Shown here: piece by piece, positions 16,683 through 24,000 of the stretch
Numbering within the stretch: the first letter of the stretch is position 1
How the letters are laid out: each line of letters opens with the position of its first letter
Assembly: GCF_000482785.1 (NCBI RefSeq)
Contig: NZ_AXWS01000013.1
Location: 205,708 to 229,707, forward strand
Source: Derxia gummosa DSM 723
Lineage (GTDB): Bacteria > Pseudomonadota > Gammaproteobacteria > Burkholderiales > Burkholderiaceae_E
Reading direction: 5' to 3'
Length of the DNA stretch: 24,000 nt
Program-made: the position numbers and the translations under genes
The notes under the pieces: model-generated
Databases searched by the model: none
What the model saw: the letters and a program-made list of their open reading frames with translations, nothing else
Told to the model about the DNA's origin: nothing

Positions 16683-17456
16683 ATGACCGCCGCCGCGCTG
16701 CTCGCCGTCGAGAACGTGTCCGTCGCCTTCGGCGGCGTGAAGGCCGTGACCGACATCAGCTTCGACGTGAAGCCGGGCGAGGTGCTGTCGATCATCGGGC
16801 CGAACGGCGCCGGCAAGAGCTCGCTGCTCAACGTGGTCAGCGGCATCTACCGGCCGAGCGCCGGGCGCATCGTCATCGACGGCGTCGCGCACCGGCGCGT
16901 CGATCCGGGCCGTGTCGCGCGGCTCGGCATCGCGCGCACCTTCCAGAACCTCGCGCTGTTCGACCGCATGAGCGTGCTCGACAACGTGCTGACCGGCGCC
17001 GCGCTGCGACTGCGCAGCAGCTTCGTCGCGCATGCGCTGCGCCTGCCCGGCGCGCGCCGCGAGGAGGCGCGCGAGCGCGAGGAGGCCGCGCGCGCCCTCG
17101 CCTTCCTCGGCCTCGAACGCTGGGCCGACGCGCCGGCGGGCGAGCTGTCCTACGGCCTGCGCAAGCGCGTCGAGTTCGCGCGCGCCCTCGTCACGCGGCC
17201 GCGCCTGCTGCTGCTCGACGAGCCGATGGCCGGCATGACCGCCGACGAGAAGCGCGACATGGCCATCCACATCGTCGAGGCCAACCGCGAATTCGGCACG
17301 ACCGTCGTGCTGATCGAGCACGACATGGGCGTAGTGATGGAGGTGTCGGACCGCGTGGTGGTGCTCGACTACGGCCGCAAGATCGCCGACGGCGCGCCCG
17401 CGAGCGTCAGCCACGACCCCGCCGTCATCGACGCCTATCTCGGCGTCGCCCACTGA
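16683..17456 (+). CDS. ABC transporter ATP-binding protein, LivG-like (HAAT family)
   Basis: Walker A GPNGAGKSS, signature LSYGLRKRVEFARAL, Walker B LLLLDEP, and the LivG-type insertion region (ALRLRSSFVAHALRLPGARREE). Confidence 0.9.
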   Translation: MTAAALLAVENVSVAFGGVKAVTDISFDVKPGEVLSIIGPNGAGKSSLLNVVSGIYRPSAGRIVIDGVAHRRVDPGRVARLGIARTFQNLALFDRMSVLDNVLTGAALRLRSSFVAHALRLPGARREEAREREEAARALAFLGLERWADAPAGELSYGLRKRVEFARALVTRPRLLLLDEPMAGMTADEKRDMAIHIVEANREFGTTVVLIEHDMGVVMEVSDRVVVLDYGRKIADGAPASVSHDPAVIDAYLGVAH

Positions 17457-17478
17457 GCCCCGCGCAAAGGTGCAAGGC

Positions 17479-18360
17479 ATGGACTTCTTCTTCGAGGTGC
17501 TGCTCGGCGGCATGCTCGCCGGCGTCATGTACTCGATGGTCGCGATCGGCTTCGTGCTGATCTTCAAGGCCTCGGGCGTGTTCAACTTCGCCCAGGGCTC
17601 GATGGTGCTGTTCGCGGCGCTCACCTACGTGAGCCTGGTCGAGCGCGGCCTGCCAGCCTGGGCCGCCTTCGGGCTCACCCTCGCGCTGCTGCTGGTGCTG
17701 GCGCTCGCGGTCGAGCGCGGCGTGCTCAGGCCGCTCGTCAACCGGCCGCCGATCGTGCTGTTCATGGCGACGCTGGGCCTGAGCTTCATCGTCGAGGGCC
17801 TCGCGCAAAGCCTCTGGGGCACGCAGGTGCATGAACTCGATCTCGGCATCGAGGACCAGCCCTTCGAGCTCGCCGGCCTCATGCTCAGCGAGTTCGACCT
17901 CGCGGCGGCCGGCATCGCGGCCGCGCTGGTCGCGACGCTCGCGCTCGTGTTCGACAAGACGCGCATCGGCCTGCGCCTGCGCGCCGTGGCCGACGATCCG
18001 CTCGCCGCGCTCGCGGTCGGCATCGACCTGCGCCGGGTGTGGGCCATCGTCTGGACGGTGGCGGGCTTCGTCGCGCTGGTCGCGGGCCTGCTCTGGGGCG
18101 CGCGCTCGGGCGTGCAGTTCTCGCTCTCGTTCGTGGTGCTCAAGGCGCTGCCGGTACTGATCATCGGCGGCTTCTCGTCGGTGCCGGGCGCGATCGTCGG
18201 CGGCCTGCTCGTCGGCGCGAGCGAGAAGCTCGCCGAGGTGTACATCGGCCCGCTCGTCGGCGGCGGCATCGAGAACTGGTTCCCGTACGCGCTCGCGCTC
18301 GGCTTCCTGCTCGTGCGGCCCTGGGGCCTGTTCGGCGAAGCCAGCATCCAGCGCGTCTGA
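17479..18360 (+). CDS. Branched-chain-amino-acid-type ABC permease, LivH-like
   Basis: Polytopic membrane protein: MDFFFEVLLGGMLAGVMYSMVAIGFVLIFKASGVFNFAQG... The ATG at 17479 is preferred over the GTG at 17470. Confidence 0.9.
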   Translation: MDFFFEVLLGGMLAGVMYSMVAIGFVLIFKASGVFNFAQGSMVLFAALTYVSLVERGLPAWAAFGLTLALLLVLALAVERGVLRPLVNRPPIVLFMATLGLSFIVEGLAQSLWGTQVHELDLGIEDQPFELAGLMLSEFDLAAAGIAAALVATLALVFDKTRIGLRLRAVADDPLAALAVGIDLRRVWAIVWTVAGFVALVAGLLWGARSGVQFSLSFVVLKALPVLIIGGFSSVPGAIVGGLLVGASEKLAEVYIGPLVGGGIENWFPYALALGFLLVRPWGLFGEASIQRV

Positions 18361-18389
18361 GCGCCTCCACCAACCTGCGGAGACAGGAC

Positions 18390-19490
18390 ATGAACCGACC
18401 CTCCCTCACCGACGCGGCCGTGGTCGCGCCCCCGTCCGCCACGCGCGGCTGGCGTCCGCGTCCGGCGCAACTCGCGCTCGCCGGCCTGCTCGCCGTCGCC
18501 TGGCTGGTCGTGCCGGCGGTGGCCGACGACTACTGGTTCTCGGCCGTGCTGCTGCCCTTTCTCGTGCTGGCGCTCGCGGGCCTGGGGCTCAACCTGCTCA
18601 CGGGCTACACGGGCCAGCTCTCGGTCGGCTCGGCGGCCTTCATGGCGGTGGGCGCCTTCGCCACCTACAACTTCAGCCTGCGGCTGCCGGGGCTGCCGCT
18701 GCTCGCGAGCCTCGCGCTCGGCGGCGGCGTGGCGGCGCTGTTCGGCGTGCTGGTCGGCCTGCCGAGCCTGCGCATCAAGGGCTTCTACCTGATCGTCTCG
18801 ACGCTCGCGGCGCAGTTCTTCGTGCAATGGGTGTTCGTGAAATTCGGCTGGTTCTCCAACTACAGCTCGTCGGGCGTCATCACGGCGCCGAAGCTCGCGG
18901 TCGCGGGCATCGACCTGTCGGCGCCGGCCGGACGCTATCTGCTCACGCTCGGGGTCGTATGCGTGCTGACGCTGCTCGCGCGCAACCTCGTGCGCAGCAC
19001 GACGGGCCGGCACTGGATGGCGGTGCGCGACATGGACACGGCCGCCGCCTCGCTCGGCATCCCGATCCTGCGCACCAAGCTGCTGGCCTTCGCGGTGAGT
19101 TCGTTCTACCTCGGCGTCGCGGGCGCGCTCTGGGCCTTCGCGTATCTCGGCACGGTCGAGGCCGACGGCTTCAACCTCAACCGCTCGTTCCAGGTGCTGT
19201 TCATCGTGATCATCGGCGGGCTCGGCAGCCTCGCGGGCAGCTTCTGGGGCGCGGCCTTCATCGTGCTGTTCCCGATCGGCCTGAGCCATGCGTCGGACGC
19301 GCTGTTCGCGGGCAGCATCGATCCGGGCCAGCTGGAGAACTTCCAGCGCATCGTGTTCGGCCTACTCATCATCGGCTTCCTCGTCAGGGAGCCGGACGGC
19401 CTCGCGCGGCTGCTGCATCGCGCGGCCGACGCGCTCGGCCGCCGCCCACGCGCCCTGACCGGGCCGGCGCCACACCGGCGCCCAGGCTGA
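18390..19490 (+). CDS. Branched-chain-amino-acid-type ABC permease, LivM-like
   Basis: The ATG at 18390 has a GGAGACAGG RBS. The sequence ..LNLLTGYTGQLSVGSAAFMAVGAF.. is typical of LivM. The 483-aa track ORF begins inside the previous gene. Confidence 0.9.
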   Translation: MNRPSLTDAAVVAPPSATRGWRPRPAQLALAGLLAVAWLVVPAVADDYWFSAVLLPFLVLALAGLGLNLLTGYTGQLSVGSAAFMAVGAFATYNFSLRLPGLPLLASLALGGGVAALFGVLVGLPSLRIKGFYLIVSTLAAQFFVQWVFVKFGWFSNYSSSGVITAPKLAVAGIDLSAPAGRYLLTLGVVCVLTLLARNLVRSTTGRHWMAVRDMDTAAASLGIPILRTKLLAFAVSSFYLGVAGALWAFAYLGTVEADGFNLNRSFQVLFIVIIGGLGSLAGSFWGAAFIVLFPIGLSHASDALFAGSIDPGQLENFQRIVFGLLIIGFLVREPDGLARLLHRAADALGRRPRALTGPAPHRRPG

Positions 19491-19604
19491 GCCGCGCCGC
19501 CAAAGCCGCCTTCCCGATACCGCTTTCCCATCCCTCGACCGCCCGGCCATGACCGGCGCGGCAGGCCCCGCTCGTCCCTGCCACAGGCACCCAGGAGAAC
19601 CGTC

Positions 19605-20966
19605 ATGACCCGTCTCAACCGCATCGCCGCCGCGCTCGCGCTCGCCGGCAGCCTGCTCGCCGCCCAGGCGCCCGCCCAGGCCCAGGCGAAGGAACAGTAC
19701 TTCCCGCTCCAGAGCTACCGCGTCGGCCCCTATGCCGCCGGCGGCAGCGGCTTCTTCGGCGGCTTCATCGACTATCTGCAACTCGTCAACGCGCGCGACG
19801 GCGGCGTGAACGGCGTGAAGCTGACCTGGAGCGAATGCGAGACCGAATACGTCGTCGAGAAGGGCGTCGAGTGCTACGAGCGCCTCAAGAAGGGCCTCAA
19901 CGGCGCGCCCGCCGCCGCGACCAATCCGCTCAGCGTCGGCATCGCCTACGCTACGCTCGACCGCTCGACGGCCGACAAGCTCCCGCTCATCACGATCAAC
20001 CACGGCCGCACCGACTCGACCGACGGCCGCGTCTTCCCCTACGTGTTCCCGCTCCAGCTCAACCCGTACAGCGAGGTGTCGGCGATCGTGAACTGGATCG
20101 GCGCGCAATCGGGCGGCCTCGACAAGCTCAAGGGCCGCAAGATCGTCACGCTCTACCACGGCTCGCCCTACGGCAAGGAGACGATCCCGGTGCTCGACCA
20201 GCTCGCGAAGAAGTACGGCTTCGAGCTGACCCAGATCGAGGTGCCGCACCCCGGCAACGAGCAGCAGTCGCAATGGCTCACGATCCGCCGCATCAAGCCC
20301 GACTGGGTCATCCTGCGCGGCTGGGGCGTGATGAACCCGGTCGCGCTCAAGACCGCCAAGAAGACCGGCTTCCCGGTCGATCACATCATCGGCAACATCT
20401 GGAGCAACTCCGAGGATGACGCCGCGCCGGCCGGCGATGCCGCCAAGGGCTTCATCTCGATCACGACGCATCCGTCGGGCACGAACTTCCCGGTGCTCAA
20501 GGACATCGACAAGTTCGTCGTGCAGCCCGGTCACGGCAACCTGTCGGACGCGAAGCGCTTCGGCACCGTGTACTACAACCTCGGCGTCGTGAACGGCATC
20601 CTCAATGTCGAGGCGTTGCGCGTCGCCCAGGCGCGCTTCGGCAAGCGGCCCCTCACGGGCGAGGAAGTGCGCTGGGGCTTCGAGAACATCAATCTCGACG
20701 ACAAGCGTCTGGCCGAACTCGGCGCCACCGGCCTCGTGCAGCGCCTCAAGCTCAGCTGCGCCGACCATGAAGGCGGCGGCGCGGTGCGCTTCCAGCAATG
20801 GGACGGCCAGAAGTGGAACGTCATCAGCGACTGGGTCCAGGCTGACCGCGCGCTGCTGCGCCCGATCATCGAGGCGTCGGCCGCGAAGTACGCCGCCGAG
20901 ACCGGCACCAAGGTGCGCGATTGCGCGAAGGAGGCGCAAACGCTTGCAAGCACCGGGGGCAAGTGA
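19605..20966 (+). CDS. Periplasmic ABC substrate-binding protein (LivK/Peripla_BP_6-like), paralogue 1
   Basis: Signal peptide MTRLNRIAAALALAGSLLAAQAPAQA and an AGGAGAA RBS. It is about 450 aa, larger than classical LivJ/K. Confidence 0.9.
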   Translation: MTRLNRIAAALALAGSLLAAQAPAQAQAKEQYFPLQSYRVGPYAAGGSGFFGGFIDYLQLVNARDGGVNGVKLTWSECETEYVVEKGVECYERLKKGLNGAPAAATNPLSVGIAYATLDRSTADKLPLITINHGRTDSTDGRVFPYVFPLQLNPYSEVSAIVNWIGAQSGGLDKLKGRKIVTLYHGSPYGKETIPVLDQLAKKYGFELTQIEVPHPGNEQQSQWLTIRRIKPDWVILRGWGVMNPVALKTAKKTGFPVDHIIGNIWSNSEDDAAPAGDAAKGFISITTHPSGTNFPVLKDIDKFVVQPGHGNLSDAKRFGTVYYNLGVVNGILNVEALRVAQARFGKRPLTGEEVRWGFENINLDDKRLAELGATGLVQRLKLSCADHEGGGAVRFQQWDGQKWNVISDWVQADRALLRPIIEASAAKYAAETGTKVRDCAKEAQTLASTGGK

Positions 20967-21859
20967 TGGCCGCGCCGCGTGATGCCGTGCCGGCCGACCC
21001 GGCGCCGGACGCAGCGGGTGCGCCGGACGCTCCAACGGCCCGCGACCGGCCCGCGCCGCCGCTGCTGCGCGTGCGGGACCTCGAAGCCGCCTACGGCGGC
21101 GCGATCGTCGCGCTGCACGGCGTGAGCTTCGATGTGGCGGCGGGCAGCATCGTCGCCCTGCTCGGCGCCAACGGCGCGGGCAAGAGCACGACGCTCAAGG
21201 CGATCTCGCGCCTGCTGCCCGCGAGCCGGGGCGAGCTGACGGCCGGCCGCATCGAGCTGCGCGGCGAGGACATCGCGCGGCTCGCGCCCGACGCGCTTGT
21301 GGCGCGCGGCGTGTCGCAGGTGCTCGAAGGCCGGCGCTGCTTCGCCCACCTGAGCGTCGAGGAGAACCTGCTCGTCGGCGGCTTCGTGCGGCATGCGTCG
21401 CGCGGCCGGCTGCGCGAGGCGCTCGCGCGCATCTACGAGCTGTTCCCGCGCCTGAAGGAGCGGCGCCGCTCGCTCGCGGGCGTGACCTCGGGCGGCGAGC
21501 AGCAGATGGTCGCGATCGGCCGCGCGCTGATGGCCGAGCCCACGCTCGTGCTGCTCGACGAGCCGTCGATGGGCCTCGCGCCGCTCATCGTCCACGAGAT
21601 CTTCGAGGCGGTCGGCCGGCTCAACCGCGAGGCCGGCACGACCGTCGTGCTGGCCGAGCAGAACGCCACCATCGCGCTGCAATACGCCCACGCCGGCCAT
21701 GTGCTGGAGACCGGCCGCGTCGTCGCCTCGGGCAGCGCGGCCGAGCTGTCGGCACGCGCCGACGTGCGCGAGTTCTACCTCGGGCGCGCCGGCGGCGAAG
21801 GCGGCCTGCTGCCCGAGCACCTCAAGCGGCGCGCGCCCTTCGGCGGCGTCGCGGCCTGA
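20966..21859 (+). CDS. ABC transporter ATP-binding protein, LivF-like, with a Pro/Ala-rich N-terminal extension
   Basis: Walker A GANGAGKST, signature TSGGEQQMVAIGRAL, Walker B LVLLDEP. The ATG overlaps the preceding stop (TGATG). The exact start is uncertain. Confidence 0.87.
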   Translation: MAAPRDAVPADPAPDAAGAPDAPTARDRPAPPLLRVRDLEAAYGGAIVALHGVSFDVAAGSIVALLGANGAGKSTTLKAISRLLPASRGELTAGRIELRGEDIARLAPDALVARGVSQVLEGRRCFAHLSVEENLLVGGFVRHASRGRLREALARIYELFPRLKERRRSLAGVTSGGEQQMVAIGRALMAEPTLVLLDEPSMGLAPLIVHEIFEAVGRLNREAGTTVVLAEQNATIALQYAHAGHVLETGRVVASGSAAELSARADVREFYLGRAGGEGGLLPEHLKRRAPFGGVAA

Positions 21860-21875
21860 AACCGGAGCCATTCCA

Positions 21876-23249
21876 ATGACCTCTCTCCTCCGTCCGGGGA
21901 CGCGCCTGCGCGTCCTCGCGGCCGCGCTCGCCCTCGCGGGCCTCGCGGCCACCGCCCCCGTCCATGCCGCCGGCGAGCAGTTCGTGCCGATCCCGATCTA
22001 CCGCGTCGGCCCCTATGCCGCCGGCGGGACCGGCCAGGGCGGCGGCTTCATGGACTACTTCGAGCTCATCAACCGCCGCGACGGCGGCGTGAACGGCGTG
22101 AAGATCACCTTCGAGGAATGCGAAACGCAGTACGAGGTCGAGCGCGGCGTCGAGTGCTACGAGAAGCTCAAGGGCAAGGGGCCGACCGGCGCCACCACCT
22201 TCAACCCCTTCAGCGTCGGCATCGCCTACGCGGTCATCGACCGCGCGACGAAGGACAAGATTCCGGTCATCACGCCCAACCACGGCCGCACCGACTCGAC
22301 CGACGGCCGCGTCTTCCCCTACGTGTTCCCGGTCATCCTCAACCCGTGGAGCGAGACCTCGGCCATCGTCAACTACCTCGGCCAGCGCGCCGGCGGGCTC
22401 GACCGGCTCAAGGGCAGCAAGCTCGTCGTGCTGTACCACGGCTCGCCCTACGGCAAGGAGACGATCCCGATCTACGAGCTGCTCGCGAAGAAGTACGGCT
22501 TCGAGGTGACGCAGATCGAGATTCCGCATCCGGGCAACGAGCAGCAGTCGCAATGGCTCCAGGTGCGCCGCATCAAGCCCGACTGGGTGGTGCTGCGCGG
22601 CTGGGGCGTGATGAATCCGGTCGCGCTCAAGACCGCCAAGAAGACCGGCTTCCCGGTCGATCACATCATCGGCAACGTCTGGAGCAATTCCGAGGAGGAC
22701 GCCCAGCCGGCCGGCGACGCCGCCATCGGCTACATCGCCGCGACCACACATCCCTCGGGCCAGCAGTTCCCGCTGGTGCAGGACATCCGCAAGTTCGTCT
22801 ATGGCGCGAAGGCCGGCCATCTCGACGACCCGGCGCGCGTCGGCACGACCTACTACAACATGGGTCTGCTCGACGGCATCCTGCATGTGGAGGCGATCCG
22901 CGTGGCGCAGGCGCGCTTCGGCAAGCGGCCCCTGACGGGCGAGGAGGTGCGCTGGGGCTTCGAGAACCTCAATCTCGACGACAAGCGCATCGCCGAACTC
23001 GGCGCGACCGGCCTCATGCAGCCGATCAAGCTGAGCTGCGAGGACCACGAAGGCGGCGGCGCGCTGAAGTTCACGCAATGGGACGGCAGGCAATGGAAGG
23101 TCATCAGCGACTGGGTCGCGGCCGACCGCAAGCTGCTGCGCCCGCTCATCGAGGCCTCGTCCACCGAGTACGCGAAGAGCAAGGGCATCCCGATCCGCGA
23201 TTGCGCGAAGGAGGCGGCCCAGGTTGCGACGAAGGGAGAACGGCAATGA
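21876..23249 (+). CDS. Periplasmic ABC substrate-binding protein, paralogue 2
   Basis: The ATG at 21876 has a GGAG RBS, followed by the signal peptide MTSLLRPGTRLRVLAAALALAGLAATAPVHA. The protein is colinear with paralogue 1 along its whole length at a constant 2280-nt offset. Confidence 0.9.
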   Translation: MTSLLRPGTRLRVLAAALALAGLAATAPVHAAGEQFVPIPIYRVGPYAAGGTGQGGGFMDYFELINRRDGGVNGVKITFEECETQYEVERGVECYEKLKGKGPTGATTFNPFSVGIAYAVIDRATKDKIPVITPNHGRTDSTDGRVFPYVFPVILNPWSETSAIVNYLGQRAGGLDRLKGSKLVVLYHGSPYGKETIPIYELLAKKYGFEVTQIEIPHPGNEQQSQWLQVRRIKPDWVVLRGWGVMNPVALKTAKKTGFPVDHIIGNVWSNSEEDAQPAGDAAIGYIAATTHPSGQQFPLVQDIRKFVYGAKAGHLDDPARVGTTYYNMGLLDGILHVEAIRVAQARFGKRPLTGEEVRWGFENLNLDDKRIAELGATGLMQPIKLSCEDHEGGGALKFTQWDGRQWKVISDWVAADRKLLRPLIEASSTEYAKSKGIPIRDCAKEAAQVATKGERQ

Positions 23250-24000
23250 CGCTCGCCCTGCCGCCTCATCTCGAACCGGTGCGCTTCGCCTACTGGGTGT
23301 CCAACCTCAGCGGCGGCCAGGTCGTGAGCCGCATCGAGCAGCGCACCGGCTGGGACTTCGACTACAACGTGAAGCTCGCGCGGCTGGCCGAACAGGCCGG
23401 CTATGAATTCGCGCTGACCGCGACGCGCTTCGTCGGCGGCTACCGCGCCGACGGCCAGCACGAATCGACGACCTTCGCGACCGCGTTGCTCGGCGCGACC
23501 ACGAAGCTCAACGTGATCGTCGCGATCCTGACCGGGCTCTGGCATCCGGCCGTCGTGGCCAAGCTCGGCGCCACGGCCGACCTGATCTCGGGCGGGCGCT
23601 GGCACATCAACATCGTGAGCGGCTGGTTCCGGCGCGAGTTCGAGGCGCTGGGCCTGCCCTGGCCCGACCATGACGCGCGCTACCGCCGCAGCGAGGAATT
23701 CATCCGAGTGCTGCGCGGCATCTGGACCGAGGACGAGTTCAGCTTCGACGGCGAGCATTTCCGCATCGACCGCTACCACCTCAATCCGCGCCCGAGCTTC
23801 CAGCCGCATCCGCTCATCTTCCAGGGCGGCTCGTCCACCGCCGCGCGCGAGATGGCGGGCCGTGTGTCGGACTGGTACTTCACCAACGGCGGCGCGCTCG
23901 ACGAACTCGCGGCCCAGGCCGCGCAGGTGAAGGCGCTGGCCGCCGCCAACGGCCGCACGCTGCGCGTCGGCGCCAACGCCTTCGTGATCGCGCGCGACAC
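23246..24000 (+). CDS. Second SfnG-like FMNH2-dependent monooxygenase, 3' end beyond the window
   Basis: The ATG at 23246 overlaps the stop of binding protein 2 (ATGA). It is not in the ORF track because it has no stop in the window. My translation is MTLALPPHLEPVRFAYWVSNLSGGQVVSRIEQRTGWDFDYN...NIVSGWFRREFEALG...DARYRRSEEFIRVLRGIW...SDWYFTNGG...GANAFVIARD, colinear with SfnG at 15562. Confidence 0.88.
   Translation, partial: MTLALPPHLEPVRFAYWVSNLSGGQVVSRIEQRTGWDFDYNVKLARLAEQAGYEFALTATRFVGGYRADGQHESTTFATALLGATTKLNVIVAILTGLWHPAVVAKLGATADLISGGRWHINIVSGWFRREFEALGLPWPDHDARYRRSEEFIRVLRGIWTEDEFSFDGEHFRIDRYHLNPRPSFQPHPLIFQGGSSTAAREMAGRVSDWYFTNGGALDELAAQAAQVKALAAANGRTLRVGANAFVIARD

Noticed and set aside
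17625-23809. Minus-strand ORFs 17625..19289 (554 aa), 19362..21035 (557 aa), 20573..21952 (459 aa), 21822..23246 (474 aa) and 22853..23809 (318 aa)
   Set aside because: They run antisense to the permease, binding-protein, ATPase and SfnG2 genes and have no recognisable motifs. The reasoning is the same as for the other shadow ORFs.

Overview
Very GC-rich segment (about 70% by eye), densely coding, with betaproteobacterial (Burkholderiales-like) gene content. I found no rRNA, tRNA, CRISPR array, IS element, transposase or integrase. The window has two functional halves joined at a 544-bp divergent control region (10847-11390). LEFT HALF (1-10846), all on the minus strand, in transcription order: a XylT/DmpQ-like [2Fe-2S] ferredoxin, the six-component phenol-hydroxylase-type diiron monooxygenase (DmpK, L, M, N, O, P homologues), a 257-bp spacer, acylating acetaldehyde dehydrogenase (DmpF-like), 4-hydroxy-2-oxovalerate aldolase (DmpG-like), catechol 2,3-dioxygenase, an atypical SDR, a fused two-domain tautomerase, a GlcG/DUF336 protein, and then a J-domain protein cut by the window edge. 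RIGHT HALF (11391-24000) is an sfn-type organosulfur (sulfone) acquisition cluster. It holds an SfnB/DszC-family flavin oxidoreductase plus an SfnR-like sigma-54 activator with no sensor domain (plus strand), and a second SfnB paralogue convergent to them. A long plus-strand operon follows: SfnG-like monooxygenase, LivG-like ATPase, LivH-like and LivM-like permeases, binding protein 1, LivF-like ATPase, binding protein 2, and a second SfnG paralogue that runs off the window. Four intergenic sequences match the sigma-54 -24/-12 pattern TGGCA(C/T)-N5-CTGC, each correctly oriented upstream of a transcription unit, including the phenol hydroxylase operon. Each has a related GCTGC/GCAGC/CAGCAAGC element centred about 110-120 bp upstream of its -24 box. 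No DmpR/XylR-type aromatic-sensing activator is present in the window. The most interesting hypothesis is that the monooxygenase operon belongs to the same sigma-54 regulon as the sfn genes, perhaps acting as a DMS/DMSO oxygenase feeding SfnG. This is inference and needs testing. Most long ORFs in the supplied track that run antisense to these genes are high-GC shadow ORFs.
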